From positions 35,588,001 through 35,652,000 of the forward strand of contig OX597829.1 in assembly GCA_951406725.2 (NCBI GenBank): 64,000 nt of DNA, given 5' to 3'. This stretch comes from Octopus vulgaris. Its lineage: Eukaryota. A program made the translations under genes and the position numbers. Shown here in pieces: positions 1-12,541 of this stretch. How positions within the stretch are numbered: the first letter of the stretch is position 1; each line of letters begins with the position of its first letter. Under the pieces are notes generated by a model. It made no database searches and was not told the DNA's origin. It saw only the letters and a program-made list of their open reading frames with translations.

Positions 1-85
1 AAATTGTTGGGTATGTAGATGGAAGGCTAGATTGTTTACTCTACATGTGGCGTGTGACTTGGGGGTGAGACTTGTTGCAGGATGT

Positions 86-940
86 TACGAGGAGGTACCC
101 CAAAATAACCGGAATCATTCGCTGTGGAACAAGGCGGCTGTAGTTTAGGCTTCAACTGCTAGAAGCCACTTGATGCTACCCCCAAGACATCAGTATGCCG
201 ACCGGCGTCGTCGAGTGAAGTCTTAGTGTCACGTGGTGCTTCTTTGTTTGCAGTACTTCTCTCCTGTTCATCGATTTTGCTATGGCTGGAATGAGGGAGC
301 AACTTGCTTCTGTAAAATTCTGTTTTCTGCCGGGGAAACAGTTGTCATACTTCAAATACCTTTCAAGGACGCTGCTTCGAGCAAAACACAAATTTACAAG
401 TGGTTTTTACGTTTTAGGAATGGTCAAGTGCGTCCGTCAACCTCCTGAACGAATGAAGACATCATGAAAATTTATAAACTGATCTTCGACGACCATCACC
501 GAACAAGTGACGAACTTATTGATATGACTGGTGTATCCAGGAGCTTTAACCAACAAATTTTGAGCGGGGAATTGTGAATGAAAAGAGGTTGCAGCAAACT
601 TTGTGCCTAGCTTGCTCACGGAAGATCAAAAGCAGTCACGACAGAATACGTATAGTGAACTGAAAAAAACAGTTGGAAGTTGATCCGGACCTTCTTTCGA
701 AGGTCATCGCTGGTGTCGAAAGCTGGAGCTACGGAATTTGCAGATGTGGAAAAGGTGAAGAAAAAAACGAAGGTATTAAAAGGCATCACTTCGCAAGGGA
801 TCCAGCACTACTTCAAATAGCGAAAAATGCGTCTTTACTGATGCATTGCTTCAAACAGAGAATACTTTGAAGGCCATAAAAGTGTAAATTTCTAAAATTA
901 AGTGAATAAAATAATATTGAAAAGTTCTGGCTTCTTTTGT
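86..940 (+). mobile_element. Decayed, internally deleted mariner (Tc1/mariner) DNA transposon
   Basis: Starts TA-CGAGGAGGTACCCCAAAATAACCGGAAT, with a degenerate inverse near 925-940. Frame fragments REQLASVKFCFL / AGETVVILQIPFKDAASSKTQIYKWFLRFRNG (mariner HTH) and LLSKVIAGVESWSYG (ITGDESW-like). Confidence 0.85.
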
Positions 941-2235
941 GAAAGCTTTCGACTGAGCGTTTTAAGATTATGGTTAGTGTTTTGCTCTTTCACGATTAAA
1001 GATCTTGGAAGCAGTAGACGTGTTTCCACGCTTCCAGCTCATTACGGTGGTTCAGGTTAGGAGCCTGCTTGTCAATATAGTGTGTCTGATATTTTGAGGC
1101 TAAATTCCTCTCTTCCTCTTCCTAGTATGCGTATGGAGAAATCCCCATCTCAGTGTTGGGGTGCTGGAATACAGCGTTGGGTGGAGTGACCTTGTATAGA
1201 TTTGCCTTCAACTTAAGGTGAAGGTGTCTCCTGGTTAATTCTATGTATGCCGCCCGCACGAGTACGTCATCAGTTACATCCCAACTCTATCAAAGAGGAG
1301 AGGAATATTACGGCACTGAATCTAGAGGGTATATATATGGAAGAGATACCTTGACGATTGTTTCATTATCTAGACAAATTCTTCAGATACTCTGGAAGAA
1401 TTTAATATATTTCTGAACAATCTACACCCAACTCTCCAATTTATAATGATGAGTAGTACCAAATTACCATTTCAAGACATAATGGTAATTAAAAGTGGCA
1501 ATACCAGAACTTTAAATCGTGCTATCCAACACATACAAAACGCAGTATCCCATACTGCCTAGCTAGAAAAATTTGTACCATAGTGGGGAGATGTAAATAC
1601 CAGAAACAAACGCCTAACAAAACTCAATGAATTTATACTCAAACAAATATATCTAAGTCTACTTTTAGAAAATGTATACAGCGTTTTATAGAAATACCCA
1701 TAAATGACTTAGGGTAACCCCAAAAGGAGGAAAACAAGAACAGGTCATACCATTTATAGTGGCACACAATCCGTGTCACCAAAATATCTTTAGCATTGTC
1801 AAAGCAAACTTGCCGATAGTTGCTTCAAGCAATGAATTAAAGGATATAATCACGGATCGGGCTATGATTCTAAATAAAAGACAGCTGAAGAACTTGAAAC
1901 AATAATTAACAAAGGCAAAGTTTGACCTAAGCAACAATGACAATTCATTCATTGTATCTAAATGCAATGATAATCGATGTGATACATATCAGTTCATACA
2001 TACCGGTCAATAAATGAGCACAAAAACCGAAAGCATAATTGCAAATGCAAATATGAAGTGCAAAAGCAGAAATTTAATTTACTGCATCAAAACCCCGGAT
2101 TGTGAAGAGATATATGTTGGTCAGATTGGGAATGCATTGTCGGAGTGTTCACGTGTGCACCGACAGCAAATTAGGGACCCTGATGTTCGTCAGATATCTT
2201 TAAGCTACCACCTGGAACATGTGGTCAGAAAAAGT

Positions 2236-2664
2236 GGATCTTTTCGGTTTGAACGGCAGTTTTTAACATAATTTTTAGGTAACTAAAAAATTTTAAACTT
2301 CGTATACTGGTAGAATGTGTTTATAAAACATGTTTTTCTCTTGGCTTTATTGAGAAAATTCTATAGTTTGTAAGATATTTGGTCTTTAATTTCTTGCACT
2401 TTGGCAATTTCAACCAATCAAATACGTCTATTGAGGTAAAAAAAACCATCTGCGCCGTATGAATATGTCCCTCGTTTAAGAAACAGATTGGGTTTATTTG
2501 CATTAGTGAAGAAAAAAAGATACCCTTCCCCCCACCCCTAACCCTAACTAACCCTAACCCTAAAACAGATTGAAATGCAATAGATCGATACTAGGGTCAT
2601 AATTATGGGTGATAATTTCATATGACACCGCTAGAAAAAACTGCCGGTCAAACCGAAAAGATCC
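2236..2664. mobile_element. MITE with ~29-bp TIRs and 8-bp TSD (Merlin- or hAT-like), carrying CCCTAA repeats
   Basis: Left GGATCTTTTCGGTTTGAACGGCAGTTTTT; right AAAAACTGCCGGTCAAACCGAAAAGATCC (1 mismatch). Flanks GAAAAAGT (2228-2235) and GAAAAACT (2665-2672). Interrupts the GIY-YIG frame. Confidence 0.9.
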
Positions 2665-3397
2665 GAAAAACTTTATAATATTTCCATTCTACAGACTGCA
2701 CAGCTCAAGTGAAATTGAGAGAAAAGTCAGAGAAAATGGACAGTTATGGTAACAGTGATAACTATAGTGACAGTCGGAGTAACAGTGGTAATTATAATGA
2801 CGATAGTGGTGATAATAATAATAATAAATACTACAGGTATTATTACTGCGACTACCGCCATTAGTAACACCAAAAACAAAAATAATAAAAGTGATGGGGG
2901 GGGGTAGTAATGTTGGTCAAATGAACATTGGCTCAATTGAAATGTAAAAGTTTCTGGAGTAACATAGAGAATCAAGACTATTGAAAAGTTTGCAAGACGC
3001 AACGAAAATTTTAGGAAAAATAAAAACAAGTGGAAATTTTACCGGTGACTGTGTTACATTATAAGGCACAAAAAGAAAATGACTCTCCTCAGACACAACA
3101 GAATAGAATTCAATGAAAGCAAGGATATAGCCAAACAATTATTCCTTTAGGTGCAATCAAAGTAAAGAATCCTTGACGTACCCACGAATCCGTGATGTCT
3201 AAGCCACTTACTAATTCGTAGAAATACAGTTTGAACTTAGTTGAGGCGGTCAGCAAACCGCGACATCTAAGCCGCATGCTGATTGATCAAAATACAGTCC
3301 GTAAGTTTCAACTTGCTGGAGCCTATCGGACGGTATTTATAGGATAAATCCAACCATTTCGCTACAATTGTCAATTGTGGAACACGACTGTCACTAC

Positions 3398-3439
3398 ATA
3401 AACCTGATGATTGCGTAACGCATGAAAGTACTAGTTTAT
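3398..3439 (+). ncRNA. Type-I minimal hammerhead ribozyme
   Basis: ATAAAC-CTGATGA-T TGCG TAA CGCA T-GAAA-GTAC-TA-GTTTAT: 6-bp stem I, intact core, stem II, palindromic stem III (AGTACT). Confidence 0.85.
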
Positions 3440-3510
3440 TTCAATATTGTAAAATTGTAAATAATAAAACGTGAAAATCAGTCTAAATTGGAATTTCATT
3501 GACTATATAT

Positions 3511-3554
<44 letters not shown>

Positions 3555-3783
3555 AATGAAATTCCAACTTAGACTGTTTAACACCAAGTGGTTTAGCACA
3601 TAAAAAACCAGGGAGACAATACAAATTTATACATAAATATAAGAGAGTTACCGCTACCGCTAAGTGGTTAACTCTAGTGCTAAAAAGCGCTCCTTATTCT
3701 GGTATAGCCACCGAAGTTGTTTCCACCAAGAAATAACATTACCTTCAACGTAAGGAAAGTGAAATACAACGAACAGGTAGATT

Positions 3784-3861
3784 AATGCCGAACAATTGTT
3801 TCTTTATTAATATAATATGCAATTATACTCACATATTTATCTATAAATCATCAGCGGCATT
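3784..3861 (-). ncRNA. Type-I hammerhead ribozyme with long AT-rich stem II
   Basis: Minus strand: AATGCCG-CTGATGA-TTTAT..(35 nt)..ATAAA-GAAA-CAATTG-TT-CGGCATT. 7-bp stem I, palindromic stem III, GUU site. Confidence 0.8.
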
Positions 3862-3971
3862 TGTCTTCGATACAATTTATTAGACCCTCACAAGCGTCAA
3901 ATACCCATGTGGTCCAATCGATTGCATACATAGTTGTGATTCAGATTCCCCGCCAAAAGCATGGTAAGACT

Positions 3972-4009
<38 letters not shown>

Positions 4010-4014
4010 TGTAT

Positions 4015-4140
4015 ATAATTTCGGGTTCAGTCCCACTGCGTGGCACCTTGCACAAGTGTCTTCGACTATGGCCTTGCGTCAACCAGAGCTTTGTGAGTGA
4101 ATTTGGTAGATTGAAGCTGAAAGAAGCCCGTCGAATATTT
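4015..4140 (+). mobile_element. Partial tRNA-derived SINE (family A)
   Basis: GGGTTCAGTCCCACTGCGTGGCACCTTG..GTGAGTGAATTTGGTAG matches the full copy at 43049-43456. Confidence 0.8.
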
Positions 4141-4197
4141 ATTGTATATATGTATATATATATATGTGCGTGTATGTATGTGTTTATATATATGTGG

Positions 4198-4256
<59 letters not shown>

Positions 4257-4319
4257 TGTGTGTATGTGTGTGTGCGTGTGTGTGTGTTTGTGTGTGAGTA
4301 TTTATATATATATACTGCA

Positions 4320-5210
4320 GATAGAAAATGCAAGTCTTGAAAGGGGATAAAATGCAACTGAACGAGGGAAAATTTGAGCTGATGCATTTTGGAAGAAATT
4401 CCTCACTAAAACAGCCATACTCTCTTCCTCCAGGGGAACCGCTCACAGCCTCTAACAATATCAGAGACCTGGGTGTAATTGTTGATGACGATCTCAGTTG
4501 GAGTGCACACATCAACAAGAATTCGATATAGCTCGTAGGATGAGTTCCTGGATCTTAAGAACTTTCCGGTCCAGAGAACAAGGTGTCATCATACCACTTT
4601 TCTCCTCCTTTGTACGGCCACACCTCGAATACTGCTGCCCACTGTGGTCTCCCTATACAAGACAAAATATCTCGAGGATTGAATCACCCCAGAGGGCACT
4701 CACTAAACGAATTGAAGGCATGGCTGCTCTCGATTATTGGGATCGCCTTAAAGCCTTGAAACTCTACTCTCTCCAGCGTCGCCGTGAGCGGTACATCATT
4801 TGTACGATGTGGAGAATATACCGCCAACTTTGCCCAAACGACCTGAACATTAGCTTCAAGGTTCATCCAAGACTGGGACCACGGGCCATACGTCCCCTGC
4901 CCAATTCAAAATCACAGCATACATGTACACTGCAACATAATTTCTTTTCCTCAACAGGAATATTTAATATTGTCCCGAAAGTGATCAAAGAGGAAAAGGA
5001 TCCCATCAACTTTAAACGGAGTCTGGATAGATTCCTTCAAGGAATACCAGATAAGCCACCCATAATTGGATACAACTCACTACTTGAATGGACCATAAAC
5101 AAAACTTGACTTAAACAGGATTCAAATAATCCTATCAGGTGGTGCTATTAAGTTAGACATGGCCTGGACCAATCTTTGGTCGAAACATATCTAAGTTTAT
5201 CTAAGTTTAT
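4320..5210 (+). mobile_element. 5'-truncated CR1-clade LINE (RT C-terminus and 3' UTR)
   Basis: MQLNEGKFELMHFG..IRDLGVIVDDDLSWSAHI, then after a frameshift VRPHLEYCCPLWSP..IESPQRALTKRI..YWDRLKALKLYSLQRRRER. 3' stem-loop GACC..GGTCGAAAC and (ATCTAAGTTT)2 tail. Confidence 0.9.
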
Positions 5211-5659
5211 CATACTGAGCGTTTACATTACGAAAATCCTCGTCTTAGTGCAACGAATGTTAGTTAATTGACTTTGCTACTAGCACAAATGCAATTTATG
5301 GAAATCAGGTTTGTCGATTCATCAAAATCCTTTATATTGATTATACTTACAGTTATTTATTTATCGGTCAAAAGACAATGGCGAATGTGACTGAATTGGA
5401 GGAAACTGACCAGGTCAGTTACAATTTTTTTCCTATACACGAAAAAAAAAAATTGGGCAGAACTATTTATTTATTTGTATTTGTCCATTATATTTATTTA
5501 AACCTCGCATTGACGTCTAAAAAGTTTATCTTACTTGATCCACTAGTTCAGTTTCGCTCGCCAAAATCTGCTCCTTAGTACATCAATTGTGTGTATATGT
5601 GTGTGTGTGTGGGGGGGGGGGCGGTATGAATGCAAGTATGTATGCATGTGTTTTTTTTA

Positions 5660-6020
5660 TCTTTTATGTTTTGCATGTTTCAGTCATTGAACTGCGGTGA
5701 CACTGGAGCACCGCCTAGAAGGGTTTAGTCGAACTACCCGGACCTCACTACTATTTTTAAAGCCTTCTGCTTGCTTATTCTATTGACCTCCTTTGCCAAA
5801 CCTCATGAGGGAACGTAAACAAACCAACTCTAGTTTTTAAGAAATGGTGAAGAACACAAACACTGAGACAAATATAATCATGCATACATACATACTTTCA
5901 CACACACACACACGACGATGATCTTTATTCAGTTTCCGCTTACCAAATTTACTCACAATGATTTGGTCGAGCCAAGTCTATAGTAGAATCGAAATGAATC
6001 CGGAACTATGTGGTTCGGGA
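5660..6020 (-). mobile_element. Diverged SINE family A copy
   Basis: GTTTCAGTCATTGAACTGCGG..CTGGAGCACCGCC..CAGTTTCCG..CCGGAACTATGTGGTT is colinear with the 53765-54152 copy. Confidence 0.75.
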
Positions 6021-6180
6021 CAATATATATATATATATAAGGAGAGAAATAGAGATAGAGAGAGAGGGGGAGGAAGAGAAAAAGGAAGAGAAAAAAATAG
6101 AGAGAGAAAAAGATAGATAGAGAGAGAAGGAGAGGGAGAGAGGGAGAGAGAGGGAGAGAGAGAGAGAAGACAAGCAGGCA

Positions 6181-6277
<97 letters not shown>

Positions 6278-6282
6278 TATGT

Positions 6283-6420
6283 GTGGAGGCGCAATGGCCT
6301 AGTGGTTAGGGCAGCGGACTCGCGGTCGTAGGATCGCGGTTTCGATTCCCAGACCGGGCGTTGTGTGTGTTTATTGAGCGAAAACACCTAAAAGCTCCAC
6401 AAGGCTCCGGTAGGGGGGAG
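6283..6420 (+). mobile_element. tRNA(Arg)-like SINE head (family B), 3' truncated
   Basis: A box TGGCCTAGTGG, anticodon-like GACTCGC, B box GGTTTCGATTCCC. Same head as 55195-55563. Confidence 0.85.
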
Positions 6421-8580
6421 GGAATCCAAGGTAGCGTTCCAATCCCCTACTAACAGTAAAGGTCTAGACGTACCCAGGAAAACCTCTAGACGTCTGAAGA
6501 AATCCGCCCGACCCGTTAAGGACGGTGCATAAACTGCCATCAGACGGAATGCACACCCATTTCTGCCATCCATGTTCAAGACAACGAGCCTACCCTCCGG
6601 GTCTAGGAATATTGTTCTTACTTTTACATTTAGACTCTTTCGAAAAAGCACCGCGGTACCTTCACCACCCATGTTCGGCAGACGGGGAGAAAAATAAATG
6701 TCAAATTGATCGCCAAACATGGACGCGAGGGCCCGCAGCTTGCTGAGTCTGGTTTCACTGATAGCCACGTTCAGTGACTTGATGTCGTTTAGAAGGTAAC
6801 CTTGCTTCCAAGCCGACGCCAAGTCACGCGCATTCACACAACCTAATTTAAGCATAATTGACGTTTACGAAAATTGTGTTTCACACACTACATTGGAAGA
6901 GACAAGAGGCAAGAGGGAAGGTCACTTACTCATTTCGAAAGTTTCATTTTTTCTTCTTCTTTTGTAGTGTCTTTGACGAGGTGTTTGTATAGTTTTTTGA
7001 GAGGTATCGTTGAAACCCGCCTACCGCATTTGGAAATATTGTTTTCAGTGTATGGTGTTGTGTTTGTGTTATGAGTACAATTCTTATGTGTTTCGGTGGT
7101 GTGGTGCGCGGATGATTGTTTGTCTTAAAGTCATTTTCACAGATGTCCGTGTTGGATGCAATGTAATCCATTAATTTTTTATTGTCTGTGTCTATTGCAG
7201 TTAGTTGTGTGTATGGTTTTGCGGGTTCATTGATTTTTTTTATCGTCTAGGGGGATGCTGTCCGGAGTTAAATATCTCCTTGCTTTACTTCTTTGTTTGG
7301 TGGGGCTTTTTGATCTTTCCCTTTTACCCCCTGTGGCTATTTGCCATTCCGTCGAACTTTCGTCGTCCGACGAATCAGAAAGGGGTAAAGGCAAAGCATT
7401 TGCTTTAATATGTATGCTTGTAGAAATTGTTCATGTTTGTGCGGTGTTTGTGTTGTTGTGGTGTTAGGGGTAGAATTTGTCTTCTCGTCACTGTTTTCTG
7501 TCTTTTTAATTGTCGTCCTCGGTGTTGGTGTTGGTCTATCTTTTGGTTCAGTATGTTGAATTGGTTGCGACGTCAACGGTGATTGTGTTGGTACTGTTTC
7601 TTTTCTTGGTGATGTTGTTGGGGTTTGTTTGCTGGTTTGTTGTTTTTCTTGGCATTGTTCCATAATTGAGTGTGTTGGTGTTGGTGTTGGTGTTGGCAAC
7701 AAGGGTTTTTTATTTGTTTTCTGATTTGTTCTTTCTTGTTTTTTCTGTGTCAGAGCGCACTTGGCAATTAAATGTTCTGGGCTGCCACAGTTGTAGCATC
7801 TAGGCTTTTTGCCTTCTGCTACAACATATAGGCTTTGCTCATTTTCTAAATGGATCCTATCAGGTAGGTTCTCGATAGAGGACCCCTCAATCTGGATGGT
7901 CACTACTATTGTTTTACGACCCCAATTGTCGTTTTTGTACACGGCGCTTTCTAATATATTTATCTTTTTCAAATGGTAACAGATTGCCCCTGTTATCCAT
8001 TTGTTTGGTGTCTCGGGGGGTACATTTTTAATGCTAATTCTACTCACTCTCTGGCCTTTGTAATATGGTACCATGATGATTTCATCATTTTGCAAAGACT
8101 CCGTAGAGTGGTTTTTTATCACTTCCTGGTTGGGGAAGCGGACCACCACTGTATTAAACTGGGGACCCCAGTTTATATATTCTTTTTTTTTTCATTATGC
8201 TTTTTAAACACTTTTCTATGTCCGTTTTTGTAATCTGTTTATTTTGTTTTTTCTTATAATTTTATATATAATTGTCTTATTTTCTATTTGTTCCTTTATG
8301 TGTTGAGCTGTATGCAGCACTAAATCCTGCCCTTGTGTTGTAAAGAGTGCTCTCGTTTCTATTAACTCTTCATTCGTAAATTTTACTATTTCTTGCATAA
8401 GTTCTTTTTTCTTCAAGTGTTTCCACACTAGGAAAATGCTGGTCCATAAAGGAATGCGACCAGCGTTCTACAATAACATTTCTCGACATTTTTTAATGTC
8501 GAGAAGAAAAATACACAAATCAAATAGGGTTGAAACTGCCTCTAGAGGCGAATTCCTCCCTTGGAAAAGCACTCGTCCGT
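6421..8580 (-). mobile_element. L1/Tx1-like LINE 5' part: ORF1 (zinc knuckle) and start of ORF2 (AP endonuclease)
   Basis: ORF 7337-8149 has CYNCGSPEHLIAKC (CCHC). ORF 6388-6855 has LGCVNAR..AISET..GTAVLF..AVYAP..LVGDWNA (APE motifs). Truncated at the SINE junction; 5' end abuts (GATA)n. Confidence 0.9.
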
Positions 8581-8581
8581 C

Positions 8582-8617
8582 GATAAATAGATAGATAGAT
8601 AGATAGATAGATAGATT

Positions 8618-8695
<78 letters not shown>

Positions 8696-8720
8696 AAGAT
8701 AGATAGATAGATAATAGATA
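8582..8720. repeat. (GATA)n tetranucleotide microsatellite
   Basis: Direct reading. Confidence 0.95.
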
Positions 8721-11472
8721 TTCTGCAGCTCTATATACACAATGTCAGGATAAATGAAAACACCACATGATCATGTCTGTTGTGTCGGCACAGACTTGTG
8801 GCTAAACAACGACACCAGTTTTATGTTATTGTTTTAAGCACATCACGATATGGTGACATTGCGTAAATGATAGTTGATTTAATAAAGATTTCTTTCTTAG
8901 ATTCTCACTTATTTTTTTTTCATATTTCCCTGCTTAATTGTTTACTTTTTATTGTCGTCCTTTTGTCATTACTTTTTCTCTCTACCTTCTATTTTCTTCA
9001 TTCAATTTATTCTTCATTGACAGTACAAAGACCGTATAAGATGCTCAATCTATCATCCTGAAAACATTCATCAACATTGTACCAATCTACTTAGTCTCTG
9101 AAGTTAAAGGAGTTGACTACGTAACTTTTTTCTCATATTCTTTGCACCTCATTCTCTTCTAATCACTTCCTTCTGTATCGTCTCCCTCACCCCACCCCCC
9201 TTTATTTATATCACACTCGTTGTCCTTCACGATTTCTTTATTCAGATGCTTTCTCTTTCCACTCTCTTTTATCTATCTTCCTTTAAAATATTTACTTCCT
9301 TTTTCTCCCACTGTTCCTATTACTCTCATCCTATTTCTCTCTTTTCTTCTCGTCTTCGTTTCTTTATCTCTTTCTATTACGTCTTGCTCTTTCCCCCTCT
9401 TTCATTCACACCCACACGCATAAATTTAGAGGAATTTCACATTTCTTTTCTTTTATTTCCCTTAATCTCGTTACTCATCCCGTTCTCTCCAGCATATTCT
9501 GTATCTCAGTGTTTTCTTCTCTAACTATTGCTATGTTCTTTCATACTGAACCTCTATTTACAATATCCCCGTCTTCTTCGTTATAATTACCTCATATTTT
9601 TTGTCTTTTTCAAATCTCACTCCCTCTCTAATTTCTCTTTCATTCCTATTCTCTCTTCCACCTACCCCACTCACACCCTCTTCTACTTTCTCTTACTTTA
9701 TTTCTCTTTTTTCCTTCATCTCTCTTCCCCTTGGTTCCAGTTTTTATTAACCCTTCTTACACTTTCTTGCAGTCAACACATCTCTCTATCTCAAGCTCTT
9801 TCTCAATAGCAAAACTCCCTTATTCTTTCTCTTTTACCTCTCTCTCAACGATCTTGGTCATTCAACCACATTTTCTACTAGTTCACACGATGCACCTTTT
9901 TCCTGAATTTCGTCTGCATTTTGGTCTCTTTCTTTATTCTACTTCATTGTCATCACTGTCACTATCCCCACTACCGCCACCACAACCACCATCACCACAA
10001 CCAACATCCTCTTTCTCCTCCTCGTCATCCTCATCCTCACTCTCACATCGGCCACCTCCTCTTTATTCTTCTGTTTTTCTTTTTTCCTCTGTTTGTCTTT
10101 CTTGTTATGTGCTAAAGAGAGTGAACCTTTCATTCAGCCCTCCGTGAAAATGTAATATTTTAATCCCTATGATAAAGATTTTGTTTTATATTTACTCAGT
10201 TTTACTAACAGAAAAAAATCTTTCAAGCTATTTGAAAGTACACTCCATATTTTGGAATAGATTAAAATATTTTTTTATCTTTAGACCCTATTTTTGCCAT
10301 TTGTACTGCTATTCCAGATTCGAAATAATTTGAGAATTAGCAGGAAGAGCACCCGCCTTAGAGGAAGCAGTAGCCTGAATACGGGAAACAAATGTTCCCT
10401 TATATCATTTTTTAAATGTCAGAATTAAAATCATTATAAACAATGAAAATAAAAATCAAACAAACAGAACTTCGAAACTAGTGACATTACACTGGAGGAC
10501 ATAAAACAATAATTTTGCAAACAATAATTTGACAGGAAGAAAGCAGAACTCACAGCAACGACAACATCAAGGTTCTGTGTTTTGCAAACGTTGTAAGTCA
10601 AACAGAGCGACTTGACTTTAACCAACTCAAGGAAAAGTTATAAGAATGGATGAGCTATAATGCCGGACTCATTTATCCGAAACAGGACGATGAGAAAAAC
10701 GACATATTTATGTTTTTCAAACATGAATAAGAGAAAGCTCTGGCTGATATGCGGTAACATATATGGAACTGTGTAACTAGTTTTGAAGACTGAAAATCAT
10801 CCGAGGAAACAGACAGGCGTAGTAAGCCAGCAGTTCATGCGACATAAGTAGGCTTCAGTTAGTCGATGATCTCAGCCAAAGGTGTTAATACCAACAATGG
10901 CTCCTGGCTTATTGTTACGCCTGCACAATAGTGGAGACATTTTGTGATCACAGAGGGGATCACAATTAATATACGGTTAGAAGAGGTATGTACGAACGCC
11001 CGGGTACTAATGTCTGATGACCACCAAGTTATCTAGGTGCCTTTCATTGTTACCTATTACGGGAACAAATATGTATTCAATCAGTTTGGTGGATCAGTTT
11101 GAAGGCCTCGTTAGCATATGTGATCCTAAACAAACTTCAAACTTTCTGCACAAAAGAACAAGAAAAACAAATGAAGAAAAGAATGACAAATTTTAGAAAT
11201 AGCAACATCAACAAACCATAAATCGAAAACCATGACAAATGCTGTTGTTTTCAGACATCAGTTTTAGCTCCGAGCAAAACCAGCTCAGAGTCCGACAACG
11301 ATCAAAAAGTTGCGTGAATACATTTTCTTAACTTTTCATTTCTTAAATTATCTGAATTTAGATTATGTTTTTGCCTTAACCCATCCCCACTCAAATATAT
11401 ATATATATACAAGCGTCTATGTGCGTATGTGTATGCATACATATATATTATTTATTCGTATGTATGTATTTA

Positions 11473-11562
<90 letters not shown>

Positions 11563-11704
11563 TACTACATTTCTATACCTCACTTTTGTACGACATATTT
11601 TGATGACCCTTGTGGCTAATAAAGGAAACAGGTATAAAAATAATGATGATGATGATGACGATGATGTTGATGATGGTGATGATGATGGTGATAATTATAA
11701 TAAT

Positions 11705-11922
11705 TCTTTCTACTTTAGGAACAAAGCCTGAAATTTGGTAGAGGACATTAGTCGATTACGTCAACTCCAGTGCGTAACTGGTACTTAACTTATCGACCCT
11801 GAAAGGATGAAAGGCAAAGTCAACCTCGGTGGAATTTGAACTCAGAACGTGGCGGCAGACGAAATGCCGCTAAGTATTTCACTAATCCTTTAGCATGCTA
11901 ACGATTCTACCAGCTCGCCGCC
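11705..11922 (-). mobile_element. tRNA-derived SINE family C (central domain resembling Meta/Sauria-type SINEs)
   Basis: Reverse complement of GGCGGCGAGCTGGTAGAATCGTTAGCA..GAGTTCAAATTCC..GAGGTTGACTTTGCCTTTCATCCTTTCAGGGTCGATAA. The domain name is from recall only. Confidence 0.8.
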
Positions 11923-11929
11923 TAATTAT

Positions 11930-12245
<316 letters not shown>

Positions 12246-12491
12246 CATGCCATTTTATTTGTTTCGTTATTGATTTTATTTGAATGAAATCTCTAAAATT
12301 ACTGTTACCGCCCCGTCATTGCCCTACACCTCACATGCCCCTACTAAACACCCACCAGCAGCACATCACCAGCACCTCACCACCAGCAGCCCACTACCAT
12401 TACCACCCGCTAATATTTGTCACCCGAAATATTTTGTATTTTTTTTTTTTTTTTACTTTTTATATATTTAATTTATTCTTTATTGTGTGTA

Positions 12492-12541
<50 letters not shown>

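Larger units (their letters stand above)
1335..3503 (+). mobile_element. Decayed Penelope-like retroelement: RT C-terminus, GIY-YIG endonuclease and 3' pLTR with hammerhead
   Basis: WKRYLDDCFII at 1338-1370 (RT catalytic motif). ORF 2014-2271 has NLIYCIKTPDCEEIYVGQ..RVHRQQI (GIY-YIG), resuming after a MITE as KNFIIFPFYRL..ERKVRE. HHR at 3398; ends at (TA)n. Confidence 0.85.

Noticed and set aside
6283-6360. tRNA-Arg gene
   Set aside because: It continues into the SINE body shared with 55195-55563 and lacks a proper acceptor stem.
11014-11050. CTGATGA followed by a small hairpin
   Set aside because: No GAAA, stem III or stem I.
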